Below, piece by piece: positions 1 to 9,217 of a stretch of 64,000 bases of DNA. The first letter of the stretch is position 1, and each line of letters opens with the position of its first letter. The notes beneath the pieces were generated by a model. The model saw only the letters and a list, made by a program, of their open reading frames with translations. It had not been told where the DNA came from and searched no databases. Source of the DNA: Candidatus Eiseniibacteriota bacterium (GTDB taxonomy: Bacteria > Eisenbacteria > RBG-16-71-46); the NCBI GenBank assembly GCA_041498315.1, contig JBGQIE010000001.1, positions 5,536-69,535 on the forward strand, given 5' to 3'. The position numbers were made by a program, and so were the translations under genes.

Positions 1-1768
1 CGCGATCCGTGAGTTGAGGGATGGGCTGCCGGGGATGATGACGCTCATCTCGCTGGCGATCGCAGTCGCGTTCCTCTTCAGCGCGGCGGTGACCCTCGGC
101 TTCCCGGGCATGCCGCTCTGGGAGGAGCTCGCCACGCTCGTCACGATCATGCTCCTGGGGCACTGGATCGAGATGCGCTCGATCTCACAGGCCCAGGGCG
201 CGCTGCGGGAGCTCGCCAAGCTGCTCCCGAACGTGGCGACGCGCGTCGTCGTCGACCGCACCGAGGAGGTCCCGGTCTCGGAGCTCCGGGAGCGTGACAC
301 GGTGCTGGTTCGCCCGGGCGCCGCCGTGCCCGCCGACGGACTGGTGCGCCGGGGAACCAGCGCCGTCAACGAGTCGATGGTCACGGGTGAGTCGCGCCCG
401 GTCGAGAAGCGCGCGGGGGACAAGGTCATTGCCGGAACCGTGAACGGATCCGGTTCGCTCCATGTCGAGGTCACCGGTACCGGCCAGCAGACGATGCTTG
501 CATCCATCATGCGGCTCGTGGAGCAAGCGCAGACGTCGCGCTCGCGCGCCCAGGCGCTCGCCGATCGGGCGGCGTTCATCCTCACCCTGGTCGCGATCGG
601 AGCCGGGGCGGCCACACTCCTGGCCTGGCTCGGCATTCGCAGGGGCGACCCCGCGTTCGCCGTCGAGCGGCTCGTCACGGTGCTCGTCATCGCCTGTCCC
701 CACGCCCTCGGGCTCGCGATCCCTCTCGTCATCGCGATCTCGACGACGCTCGGCGCACGCAGCGGGCTCCTCGTCCGCGACCGGCGGGGCCTGGAGGAGG
801 CGCGAAAGGTGACCGCGGTGGTGTTCGACAAGACGGGCACGCTGACCCTCGGCGAGCAGCGCGTGGTGAGCATGGCGACCGAGCCGGGCATGACACCGGA
901 CATGGCGCTGCAGCTCGCGGCCGCCGTCGAGCGCGACTCCGAGCACGCCGTGGCGCGCGCGCTCCTGGCCAGCGCGGCGGACCGCCGTCTGGCGGTTCCG
1001 CCCTCCTCGGCGTTCGAGGTCCTCCCCGGTCGCGGCGTGCGCGCGGTGGTGGATGGACGCCACCTGGCGACCGGCGGTCCAAATCTCCTGGCGGAGCTGG
1101 CCGTCACGCCGGGCGCCGCGATGAGCTCCGCCGCCGAGCAGGCCGCGACGCTCGGGCAGGGCGCGATCTACCTGGTCGAGGACGGACGCGTGCTGGCCGT
1201 ATTCGCCGTCGCGGACGCGATCCGGCCGGAGTCCGCCGAGGCCGTCCGCCGCCTGCACGCGGAGGGGATCGAGGTGGTGATGCTCACCGGCGACTCGCGG
1301 GCGGTCGCCGATGCGGTGGCGAGCCAGCTCGGGATCGACACCGTGTTCGCGCAGGTGCTCCCCGAGCAGAAGGTGGACAAGATCAAGGAGCTTCAGGCGC
1401 AGGGGAAGCGCGTGGCGATGGTCGGCGATGGCGTCAATGATGCCCCCGCGCTCGTGACGGCGGATGTCGGGGTGGCGATCGGCGCCGGCACCGACGTTGC
1501 GGTGGAGGCGGGCGATATCGTGCTGGTGCGCAACGACCCGCGGGATGTCCCGCGGATCATCGCGCTGTCCCGCGCGAGCTATCGGAAGATGATCCAGAAC
1601 CTGTGGTGGGCGGCGGGTTACAACATCGTCGCCATCCCGCTCGCCGCCGGGGTCCTCTCGCCATGGGGCGTCGTGCTCTCCCCCGCTGTCGGAGCGGTGC
1701 TGATGTCGGCGAGCACCGTCATCGTTGCGGTCAACGCCCAGCTTCTTCGGCGGACCAAGCTGACCTGA
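1..1768 (+). CDS. heavy-metal translocating P1B-type ATPase, C-terminal part (5' end lies outside the window); CPH motif suggests a CopB-like copper subgroup
   Basis: The ORF runs off the window start. Motifs CPHALGL (TM6), DKTGTLT, GDGVNDAPAL and VAIGAG are all present in the translation. Confidence 0.9.
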   Translation, partial: AIRELRDGLPGMMTLISLAIAVAFLFSAAVTLGFPGMPLWEELATLVTIMLLGHWIEMRSISQAQGALRELAKLLPNVATRVVVDRTEEVPVSELRERDTVLVRPGAAVPADGLVRRGTSAVNESMVTGESRPVEKRAGDKVIAGTVNGSGSLHVEVTGTGQQTMLASIMRLVEQAQTSRSRAQALADRAAFILTLVAIGAGAATLLAWLGIRRGDPAFAVERLVTVLVIACPHALGLAIPLVIAISTTLGARSGLLVRDRRGLEEARKVTAVVFDKTGTLTLGEQRVVSMATEPGMTPDMALQLAAAVERDSEHAVARALLASAADRRLAVPPSSAFEVLPGRGVRAVVDGRHLATGGPNLLAELAVTPGAAMSSAAEQAATLGQGAIYLVEDGRVLAVFAVADAIRPESAEAVRRLHAEGIEVVMLTGDSRAVADAVASQLGIDTVFAQVLPEQKVDKIKELQAQGKRVAMVGDGVNDAPALVTADVGVAIGAGTDVAVEAGDIVLVRNDPRDVPRIIALSRASYRKMIQNLWWAAGYNIVAIPLAAGVLSPWGVVLSPAVGAVLMSASTVIVAVNAQLLRRTKLT

Positions 1769-1786
1769 TCGCGAACCGGGGGCAGA

Positions 1787-2086
1787 ATGATGAGCCAGGA
1801 GCCTGAGGGTATGGTCGTCGAGCATGACCCCGCCGCCGGGCAGTTTCGGGCCGAGGTGGAGGGCAGTGTCGCGGTGCTTCAGTACCGGCGCGAGCCGGGG
1901 AAGCTCTCCCTCCTGGATACGCAGGTCCCCCCCGCCCTCCAAGGCCGGGGGATCGCCGGCAGGCTCGCGCAGGCCGGGCTGGAGCTTGCCAGAACGGAGG
2001 GTCTCGCCGTCGTACCCATCTGCCCGTTCGTCGCGGAGTACATCCGCCGGCATCCCGAGTACGAGACTCTGCTGGATCGCCGGTGA
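1787..2086 (+). CDS. small GNAT-fold N-acetyltransferase (~99 aa, PF14542-like)
   Basis: 99-aa ORF. The QGRGIAGRL and PICPFV signatures are typical of the single-domain GNAT family. Confidence 0.65.
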   Translation: MMSQEPEGMVVEHDPAAGQFRAEVEGSVAVLQYRREPGKLSLLDTQVPPALQGRGIAGRLAQAGLELARTEGLAVVPICPFVAEYIRRHPEYETLLDRR

Positions 2087-2117
2087 ACTTAAAGGACACA
2101 CTGATCAGGCGGACCCT

Positions 2118-2765
2118 ATGGGAAACGAGAGCGCTGCTGTCGGCGACGAGATCCCGCCGGGATGCGAGATCATCGAGGTGCGGGTCGCCGAACTACGGCA
2201 GCTATTCAACGCGATCGACCCCTCCCCCTTTTATGATCGCGACCTGGACCCGAATGCCGAGGAGTTCATCACGAATTGGGCCAGCGGAGTTCCGGCGTCC
2301 ACGTCCCTCGGCCTGCGGGTCCACATCGATCGCCCGGCAGGCGCGGCGGGTGATGCCGACATGCTGCGCGACGCGGTGCAGCAGCATTTCCGCCGGAAGA
2401 GCGCCGCGTCCCTGCGCCGGCTTCGAGCGCTGTTCGAGCGCGGTCGCACCAGTCTGGTCATCGGACTCGCATTCCTCGGCGGCTCGAGCTGGGTCGCGAG
2501 TGCTCTCAAGGGCGTGACGGGCGGCGGTTTCGGCGACCTCCTGCGTCAAAGCCTGATCATTGGAGGCTGGGTCGCCATGTGGCGGCCCATGGAGGTGTTC
2601 CTCTACGACTGGTGGCCGATCCGCGCCGAGGCGAGGCGGTACGACCGCCTGGCGTTGATGCCGGTCCGGATTCAGTACGCGCCCGAGGGGACGCCGCCAG
2701 GCGGCCGGCGCGAAGGGCCGGCGATATCGGCCGGCGCGCCACCGGCGCGCCACGGAACCACGTGA
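2118..2765 (+). CDS. hypothetical protein (215 aa, C-terminal hydrophobic segment); its stop overlaps the GTG start of the downstream P2-ATPase (GTGA)
   Basis: First ATG in frame 0 after the GNAT stop. No recognisable domain. Stop TGA is at 2763-2765 and the next gene starts GTG at 2762. Confidence 0.5.
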   Translation: MGNESAAVGDEIPPGCEIIEVRVAELRQLFNAIDPSPFYDRDLDPNAEEFITNWASGVPASTSLGLRVHIDRPAGAAGDADMLRDAVQQHFRRKSAASLRRLRALFERGRTSLVIGLAFLGGSSWVASALKGVTGGGFGDLLRQSLIIGGWVAMWRPMEVFLYDWWPIRAEARRYDRLALMPVRIQYAPEGTPPGGRREGPAISAGAPPARHGTT

Positions 2766-5554
2766 AGGATACCTACCAGCTCGAGGTGAGCGAGGTCGTC
2801 GCCGCGCTCGGAACCGACCCCGTTCGCGGGCTGGGTGATCGCGACGCGCGGGCGCGCCTCGAGCAGCACGGCCGCAACGAGCTGACGGCGGAGAGGCCGG
2901 TTCCGGCCTGGCGGCGATTTCTCGCCCAGTTCGAGGACGTCCTCGTCATCCTGCTCCTGGTCGCGACCGCGATCTCGGCAGGCCTCTGGATCGTCGAGCG
3001 CGACGCCGCGCTCCCCTACGAGGCCATCGCCATCTTTGCCGTCGTCCTCCTCAACGCGACCATGGGCTACGTCCAGGAGTCGCGGGCCGAGGCGGCGGTC
3101 GCAGCCCTGCGGGCCATGACGGCAGACGACGCCGAGGTCATCCGCGACGGCGAGCGCAGGCGCATCCCGGCCGTCGATCTCGTGCCCGGCGACCTCGTGC
3201 TGATCGAGGAGGGCGACACGGTGCCCGCCGATGCGCGCCTGGTCGAATCGACGGCGCTCCATACGGCCGAGGCGGCCCTGACCGGCGAGAGCGTGCCGGT
3301 CTCGAAAGACACCGCGCCGATTTCCGACCCGGCCGAGCTGGGTGACCAGCACAATATGGTGTTCAGCGGAACGGCCGCGACCTACGGGCGCGGCAGAGCG
3401 ATCGTGACGGCGACGGGCATGGGCACGGAGATGGGGCGCATCGCCGGGATGCTCAAGGGGACACGCGACGAAGCGACGCCGCTCCAGCGCGAGCTCGATC
3501 GCACGGGCAAGGTCCTCGGCCTGGTCGTCGCCGCCATCGCGGTCGTGATGATCGCGGCGATCGTCCTGGTCCAGGACGTGCGCGGCTTCGCGGCGTTCGT
3601 CGACACGCTGATCCTGGGCGTGGCGCTCGCCGTGGCCGCGGTGCCGGAGGGGCTGCCGGCGGTGGTGACCGCCGTGCTGTCGATCGGGGTGCAGCGCATG
3701 GCACGGCGCAACGCCATCGTGCGGCACCTCGCGGCGGTCGAGACGCTCGGCTCGGCCAGCGTGATCGCCTCCGACAAGACCGGAACCCTCACGAAGAACG
3801 AAATGACCGTGCGGGCGGTGGTCACCGCGAGCGGGCGCGTGACCTTCGGCGGGTCCGGGTATGCACCCGAAGGGGACGTGCAGCGCGCGGGAGGCGGACC
3901 CGTCGAGGGGGCCATGCGCGTGGAGCTCGAACGCGCCCTGGCGGTCGCCGATCGCGCGAACAACGCTGCCCTTCAGGAAGTCGACGGGCGATGGATCGTG
4001 CAAGGCGACCCGACCGAGGGGGCGCTACTGGTCGCGGCGCGCAAGGCCGGACTCAGCGCCGAGGACCTCGATGCCCGATTCACACGGCTGGGCGAGGTGC
4101 CGTTCTCCTCCGAACGAAAGCTGATGAGCACGATTCACAGCGACGCCCATGAGGAGCGCCTGATCGTCTTCACCAAGGGCGCGCCCGACATCCTGATCAC
4201 GCGCTGCTCGTACGAGATGGTCGGCGGGGCGCGGCGTCCACTGACACCCGAGCGGCGCGCCGAGATTCTGCTCTCGAACGAATCCCTCGCCGACGAAGCG
4301 CTCCGCACGCTCGGGGTTGCGGCGCTGTGGCTGCCCTACGACGCGGTCTCCCCGGACGACGCCGCTGCCGTGGATGCGCGCCTGGAGCAGGACCTGGTCT
4401 TCGCGGGGCTGATTGGGATGATCGACCCCCCGCGTCCCGAAGCGGCGGAAGCAGTGGCCCGGGCGCGCGGCGCCGGAATCCGCCCGCTGATGATCACGGG
4501 TGACCACCCGCGGACCGCCGCCGTGATCGCGCGCGAGCTGGGCATCGCCACGGACGGACGCGCCCTCACGGGCGCCGAGATCGAAAAGCTCACAGACGAC
4601 GCGCTCGCGCGCGCGGTCGTGGACATCTCGGTCTACGCGCGCGTCAATCCCGAGCACAAGCTGCGCATCGTTCACGCGCTCCAGAAGGGTGGGGCCATCG
4701 TCGCCATGACCGGCGACGGGGTCAACGACGCGCCGGCGCTCAAGACCGCGGACATCGGCGTGGCGATGGGGATTACGGGCACGGACGTTTCGAAGGAAGC
4801 GGCCGACATCGTGCTCGCCGACGACAACTTCGCCTCGATCGTCGCCGCGGTCGAGGAGGGGCGGGCGATCTTCGCCAACATCCGGAAGTTCCTGCGCTTC
4901 CTCCTGTCGTCGAACATCGGCGAGGTGCTGACGATGTTCTTCGGCGTGCTCCTGGGGGGACGGCTCGGCCTGCCTGCGGCGGGTGAGGGCATCGCGCTCC
5001 CGCTGCTCGCGACGCAGCTGCTCTGGATCAACCTGGTGACCGATGGGGCCCCCGCGCTGGCGCTGGGCGTGGACCCGCCGGAGGAGGGCCTCATGCATCA
5101 GCCGCCGCGCCCGCCCGGGGAAGGCGTGATCACCGGCGGCATGTGGCGCGGCATCTTCTTCGTGGGGCTGGTCATGGCCGCGGGCACCCTGTTCATGATC
5201 GACGCCGCATTGCCCGGGGGCTTCGTCGAGGGCACCGGCAATCTGCGCTACGCGCAGACCATGGCTTTCACGACGCTCATGCTGTTCCAGCTCTTCAACA
5301 CCGTCAACGCGCGATCGGGCGAGCGGAGCGCGTTCGTGGGCTTGTTCACGAACCGCTGGCTCTGGGGGGCGCTCGGAATGTCGATCGTGCTGCAGGTGAT
5401 CGTGCTCTACGTACCGGCCCTGCAGCGGGGGTTCGGAACCGTTGGGCTGGGCGCGGCGGACTGGCTGCGCTGCGTCGCGGTGGCGAGCTCGGTGCTATGG
5501 CTCACCGAGGCGGGCAAGCTCGTGAGGCGAGGGCGCGCACGAACCCGCGCATGA
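2762..5554 (+). CDS. cation-transporting P-type ATPase, P2 type (Ca2+/Mg2+ family)
   Basis: Motifs DKTGTLT, PEGLP, TGDHPRTA and GDGVNDAPALKTADIGVAMGITGTDV. The N-terminus matches the Ca-ATPase cation_ATPase_N pattern. GTG start is inferred. Confidence 0.9.
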   Translation: MKDTYQLEVSEVVAALGTDPVRGLGDRDARARLEQHGRNELTAERPVPAWRRFLAQFEDVLVILLLVATAISAGLWIVERDAALPYEAIAIFAVVLLNATMGYVQESRAEAAVAALRAMTADDAEVIRDGERRRIPAVDLVPGDLVLIEEGDTVPADARLVESTALHTAEAALTGESVPVSKDTAPISDPAELGDQHNMVFSGTAATYGRGRAIVTATGMGTEMGRIAGMLKGTRDEATPLQRELDRTGKVLGLVVAAIAVVMIAAIVLVQDVRGFAAFVDTLILGVALAVAAVPEGLPAVVTAVLSIGVQRMARRNAIVRHLAAVETLGSASVIASDKTGTLTKNEMTVRAVVTASGRVTFGGSGYAPEGDVQRAGGGPVEGAMRVELERALAVADRANNAALQEVDGRWIVQGDPTEGALLVAARKAGLSAEDLDARFTRLGEVPFSSERKLMSTIHSDAHEERLIVFTKGAPDILITRCSYEMVGGARRPLTPERRAEILLSNESLADEALRTLGVAALWLPYDAVSPDDAAAVDARLEQDLVFAGLIGMIDPPRPEAAEAVARARGAGIRPLMITGDHPRTAAVIARELGIATDGRALTGAEIEKLTDDALARAVVDISVYARVNPEHKLRIVHALQKGGAIVAMTGDGVNDAPALKTADIGVAMGITGTDVSKEAADIVLADDNFASIVAAVEEGRAIFANIRKFLRFLLSSNIGEVLTMFFGVLLGGRLGLPAAGEGIALPLLATQLLWINLVTDGAPALALGVDPPEEGLMHQPPRPPGEGVITGGMWRGIFFVGLVMAAGTLFMIDAALPGGFVEGTGNLRYAQTMAFTTLMLFQLFNTVNARSGERSAFVGLFTNRWLWGALGMSIVLQVIVLYVPALQRGFGTVGLGAADWLRCVAVASSVLWLTEAGKLVRRGRARTRA

Positions 5555-5630
5555 GCGCGGTCGCCGCACGGCCTCGACGACAGCGGGGACCAACAGGCCG
5601 CCGATGACGACCTTGGTGCCCTGGCGCCCC

Positions 5631-6218
5631 CTACCCTTTGCTCTTCGCCCAGATCGACGCCTTCTTGGCCCAGCTGGTGTCGGTGTACCGATCCGCGAAC
5701 GCCCTGGCGGTTTCGGCGAGCGCCGCACCATCGTTGCTGCCCTTGTAGCGCGCCACTCCCGCCCAGTACAGGGCCTCGGGACCCGCTTCGCCGTCCGGGT
5801 AGCGTTCCATCACGTCGCGGAACAGGCGCTCGGCTTCCTTCCAGTCCTGGCGCTTGAAGGCGGCGTGGGCGAGCCCGAGCGAGAGCTGCGCGAGGAAATC
5901 CTCGACGGGCAGGTAGCCTTCGATGCGGTGTCGCTCGGTGCCATCGGGGTCGAGCTCGAGGATGGTCGGCGTCCATTGGGCGCCGTAGCGTTCCCCGAAG
6001 CGTTTGAAGTCGGCCGCCTGCTCGCGCACGTGAAGACGCGCGGGGATGAAGTGTTCGGTGATGAAGCGCGCGACGCGTTCGTCCGGGTAGACCTCGGCAT
6101 CCAGCCGAGCGCATCCCCCTCACATCGGCGCGGCGCTGAAATCGAGCAACACCCGGCGCTGCTGTGTCCTGGCCTCCTCGAGTACGCGGTCTACGTCGTG
6201 TCTCCACGCGATCTTCAT
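5631..6218 (-). CDS. thioredoxin-fold protein with in-frame UGA (codon 33) at the first CxxC cysteine position; candidate selenoprotein (U-G-G-C motif), 195 aa if UGA is read as Sec
   Basis: An ATG at 6216-6218 has a GGAGGAG Shine-Dalgarno 4 nt upstream. The frame runs MKIAWRHDVDRVLEEARTQQRRVLLDFSAAPM-[TGA 6120-6122]-GGCARLDAEVYP... and continues in the same frame into the 132-aa ORF 5631..6029. DFSAxxxUGGC aligns with the thioredoxin DFxAxWCGPC motif. A hairpin starts 11 nt 3' of the UGA. Confidence 0.6.
6093..6109 (-). other. candidate bacterial SECIS hairpin (CUCGGC-UGGAU-GCCGAG) beginning 11 nt downstream of the in-frame UGA
   Basis: A 6-bp perfect stem with a 5-nt G-containing loop on the mRNA strand. 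The spacing to the UGA matches the E. coli fdhF-type SECIS geometry. Confidence 0.4.
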
Positions 6219-6373
6219 TTCTCCTCCTTCAGGCTCTTCGGGCCCGGGCCCGGTCAGCGGCGTCCGATGGCCAGTCTACACCCTGGATCGCGAGTCGATC
6301 GCAGGGCCCGCCGGGAGCCTGATCCACCCTGGTTCCGCTAGCCGCTCGTGGAGGGGTGTGAGAGAGTCCGCGC

Positions 6374-7042
6374 ATGTCCAGCCCGGAAATCACGTCGGCT
6401 GCCCATCCACCGCTGCGCGTCCTGATCTTCTCCGCCTCGCTGCGCGGCGAATCGCTCAACACCGGGCTCGCCCGCCTCGCCGCGCGGCACCTGCAGGCCT
6501 CGGGCGCCACCGTCGACCTGGCGTCGATGCGCGAGTTCGACGTCCCCTCCTACGACGGGGACGCCGAGGCGCGCAACGGGATCGCGGCCGGGGCGCGCGA
6601 GCTGACGCGACGCCTGGCCGCGAACGACGCGTTCGTGATCGCCTCCCCCGAGTACAACGCCTCGATGCCGGGGTTGCTCAAGAACCTGATCGACTGGACC
6701 TCGCGGTCGCGTCCGCAGCCCTTCCACGAGCGTCACGGGCTCCTGCTCTCGGCCTCGCCCTCCCTGGTGGGGGGCAACCGCGGCCTGTGGGCGTTGCGCG
6801 TGCCGCTCGAGCATCTGGGGGCGCGGATCTTCCCCGACATGTTCTCGCTCGCGATGGCCCACAAGGCGTTTGCGGGCGAGCAACTCGCGGATGCCACGCT
6901 CCAGGAGCGATTCGAGAAGAACCTGGAGGCGTTTCGCGCGCTGGCCGAGGCGGCGAAACATTATCCCTGCATCAAGAAGGCCTGGGTCGAGTTCCTGGGC
7001 GAGCCCCCGGGCCTGCCCACCGACCGGGTCGAGGCCACGTAG
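6374..7042 (+). CDS. NAD(P)H-dependent FMN reductase family oxidoreductase
   Basis: LRVLIFSASLRGESLNTGLA followed by the SPEYNASMPGLLKNLIDW signature of the NADPH-dependent FMN reductase (SsuE/ArsH-like) fold. Confidence 0.75.
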   Translation: MSSPEITSAAHPPLRVLIFSASLRGESLNTGLARLAARHLQASGATVDLASMREFDVPSYDGDAEARNGIAAGARELTRRLAANDAFVIASPEYNASMPGLLKNLIDWTSRSRPQPFHERHGLLLSASPSLVGGNRGLWALRVPLEHLGARIFPDMFSLAMAHKAFAGEQLADATLQERFEKNLEAFRALAEAAKHYPCIKKAWVEFLGEPPGLPTDRVEAT

Positions 7043-7069
7043 GCCTGGCGGCGCCGTGATCGGGACGGG

Positions 7070-7543
7070 CTACGGCCGCTCGTAGGCCCGCTTCAATGCC
7101 TGAATGTCGAGCTTCACCATCTTGAGCATGGCTTGCATGACCCGCTTCGATCGCGCGGGATCCTTGTCCTGGAGCATCGGGCCGAGCATCGAGGGGACGA
7201 TCTGCCAGGACAGGCCGAACGGGTCCTTGAGCCAGCCGCACTGCTGGGCTTTCCCGCCCTGCAGAAGCTTCGTCCACAGCGCATCGAGCTCGGCCTGGGT
7301 CTCGCAGTTCACGAAGAACGAGATCGCCTCCGTGAATTTGAAATGCGGGCCCCCATTGAGCGCCATGAACCGCTGACCGACCAGCTCGAACGTCGCGCTC
7401 ATGACCTGACCCTTCGGTCCCGGCCCAGCTTCGCCGTAGCGCGACATGCTCACGATCCGCGACTGGGGAAAGATCGAGACGTAGAAGTTGACCGCCTCCT
7501 CGGCGTTGCCGTCGAACCACAGGAACGGCGTGATCTTCTGCAT
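7070..7543 (-). CDS. VOC family protein (PhnB-like glyoxalase fold)
   Basis: MQKITPFLWFDGNAEEAVNFYVSIF...FMALNGGP...SWQIVP is typical of the PhnB/3-demethylubiquinone methyltransferase-like VOC domain. Start is taken at the internal Met of the longer ORF. Confidence 0.7.
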   Translation of the reverse strand: MQKITPFLWFDGNAEEAVNFYVSIFPQSRIVSMSRYGEAGPGPKGQVMSATFELVGQRFMALNGGPHFKFTEAISFFVNCETQAELDALWTKLLQGGKAQQCGWLKDPFGLSWQIVPSMLGPMLQDKDPARSKRVMQAMLKMVKLDIQALKRAYERP

Positions 7544-7560
7544 GGATGCGCTCCGCTCCG

Positions 7561-7860
7561 CTAGCCCCGGCGGCGCGAGCTCCGACCGATTCCCCCGAGG
7601 CTCGCGGAGGCGCCGAGCAGGAACCCGAGGTTGTACCAGGTGCCGTTGTTGTGCACCTCGTACAGGTGGACGTTCCGATTGAAGAGCGAGATCAGGAACG
7701 TGACGCAGCAGATCAGCCCGTGCCACACCCCGGTCCAGAATCCCGCCACCCCGTGGGTCCCGGGCGTGTTGACCAGCGGATTCGGCCCGGCGCAGCCGGC
7801 CACGAGCACCGCCAGCGCGACCAGCGCGAGCGCGAGTGTCGCGTGCGTCCGAGGAGTCAT
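7561..7860 (-). CDS. small lipoprotein/membrane protein with glycine-zipper C-terminus
   Basis: Signal peptide with an LVAGC lipobox, one TM segment, and a GASASLGGIG glycine zipper. Confidence 0.5.
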   Translation of the reverse strand: MTPRTHATLALALVALAVLVAGCAGPNPLVNTPGTHGVAGFWTGVWHGLICCVTFLISLFNRNVHLYEVHNNGTWYNLGFLLGASASLGGIGRSSRRRG

Positions 7861-7922
7861 GCGGTCTCCTTTCGGTGGTTCGAGTCCCGACCCTCAGGCG
7901 CCGCGCTCCGCGGGCGCCGCGG

Positions 7923-9209
7923 TCAGGCGGTGGCTTTCCTGCCGAACCCGGGGTCGAGCGGGAGCCAGAGCGTCACGATGAAGCTCGGCACCGTCGCGAA
8001 GATCACCCAGGTGAAGAAGTGGGGGTAGCCAATCGTGTCCTGCAGCCAGCCGCTCCACATGCCGGGCAGCATCATCCCCAGGGCCATGAAGCCGGTGCAG
8101 ATCGCATAGTGCGCGGTCTGATGCTCGCCGCGGGCGATGTAGATCATGTACATCAGGTAGGCGGCGAATCCGAACCCATATCCGAACTGCTCGGCGGCCA
8201 CGCACGCCTGGATGAGCGGCACGCTCGTCGGCTGGGCGTAGGCGAGGTAGATGAAGACCGCGTCCGGCACGTGGATGGCGAACAGCATGGGCCACAGCCA
8301 AGTCTTGAGCCCGTGGCGCGAGATGACCCAGCCGCCCAGGATGCCCCCCACCGTCAGGGCGGCGATGCCCACGGTGCCGTAGACCACCCCGAGCTGGGTG
8401 GTCGTCAGGCCCAGCCCGCCCTGGGCGCGCGGATCGAGCAGGAACGGGGCGACCATCTTGACCAGCTGCGCCTCGCCGAAGCGGTAGAGCAGCAGGAAGA
8501 GCATGAGCGCCGCGATGCGCGGCTTTCGAAAGAACGACTCGAAGGTGCGCAGGAACTCGCGGGTGAAATGCGGGATCTGCCCGAGCTCGCCCGGCCGGTC
8601 GGCCGGCGGCCGCGGCAGCACGAACCGGTGCCAGAGCCCGAAGCCCAGGAACAGCACGGCCAGCGAGGCCATCGCGACCGACCAGGCAAGGTGCAGGTTG
8701 CCGGTGCGGGTCTGGATCGTTCCGGCCAGCACGACGATGAGGCCCTGCCCCGCGATCGTCGCGATGCGGTAGAAGAGCGTTCTCACGCCGACGAAGAACG
8801 CCTGCTGGGCCTCGGTGGTCGCCAGCATGTAGAAGCCGTCGGCGGCGATGTCGTGGGTGGCGGAGTTGAACGCGAGCAGCCAGAAGAACACCAGCGTCCA
8901 CTGGAACGCGTGCGGCAGGGGTGCGGCGAACGCCACGCCCGCGAGCCCGCCGCCGACGAGGAGCTGCGTCGCCCAGATCCAGCGCCGGCGCGTAGCCAGC
9001 AGGTCCACGACCGGCGACCACAGCGGCTTGATCACCCAGGGCAGGTAGAGCCAGCTGGTGTAGAGCGCGATGTCGGTGTTCGAAATTCCGAAGCCCTTGT
9101 ACATGATGACCGACACGGTCATCACGACGACGTAGGGCAGCCCCTCCGCGAGGTAGAGCGTGGGGATCCACGCCCAGGGGTTACGCGACCGGGCCGCGGC
9201 GTCGGTCAT
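7923..9209 (-). CDS. MFS transporter, AmpG/PAT family
   Basis: NPWAWIPTLYLAEGLPYVVVMTVSVIMYKGFGISNTDIALYTSWLYLPWVIKPLWSPVVD resembles the AmpG N-terminus, and the protein has 12 predicted TM helices. Start is at the internal ATG (9207-9209), downstream of the MATE gene stop. Confidence 0.75.
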   Translation of the reverse strand: MTDAAARSRNPWAWIPTLYLAEGLPYVVVMTVSVIMYKGFGISNTDIALYTSWLYLPWVIKPLWSPVVDLLATRRRWIWATQLLVGGGLAGVAFAAPLPHAFQWTLVFFWLLAFNSATHDIAADGFYMLATTEAQQAFFVGVRTLFYRIATIAGQGLIVVLAGTIQTRTGNLHLAWSVAMASLAVLFLGFGLWHRFVLPRPPADRPGELGQIPHFTREFLRTFESFFRKPRIAALMLFLLLYRFGEAQLVKMVAPFLLDPRAQGGLGLTTTQLGVVYGTVGIAALTVGGILGGWVISRHGLKTWLWPMLFAIHVPDAVFIYLAYAQPTSVPLIQACVAAEQFGYGFGFAAYLMYMIYIARGEHQTAHYAICTGFMALGMMLPGMWSGWLQDTIGYPHFFTWVIFATVPSFIVTLWLPLDPGFGRKATA

Positions 9210-9217
9210 GCCGGGCG

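Noticed and set aside
185-2101. 638-aa minus-strand ORF antisense to the P1B ATPase. Similar long antisense ORFs: 2672..4003, 4025..5098, 7836..9860, 17840..19822, 41192..43084, 44544..47555, 46177..48399, 51786..55415 and 61238..63868.
   Set aside because: Their translations are Arg/Pro/Gly/Asp-rich low-complexity with no motifs, while the opposite strand carries strongly recognisable conserved genes. These are typical shadow ORFs in ~70% GC DNA.
5407-6207. 266-aa minus ORF overlapping the selenoprotein locus in another frame
   Set aside because: No domain. The frame explained by thioredoxin-fold homology and an ATG with Shine-Dalgarno is the UGA-containing one.
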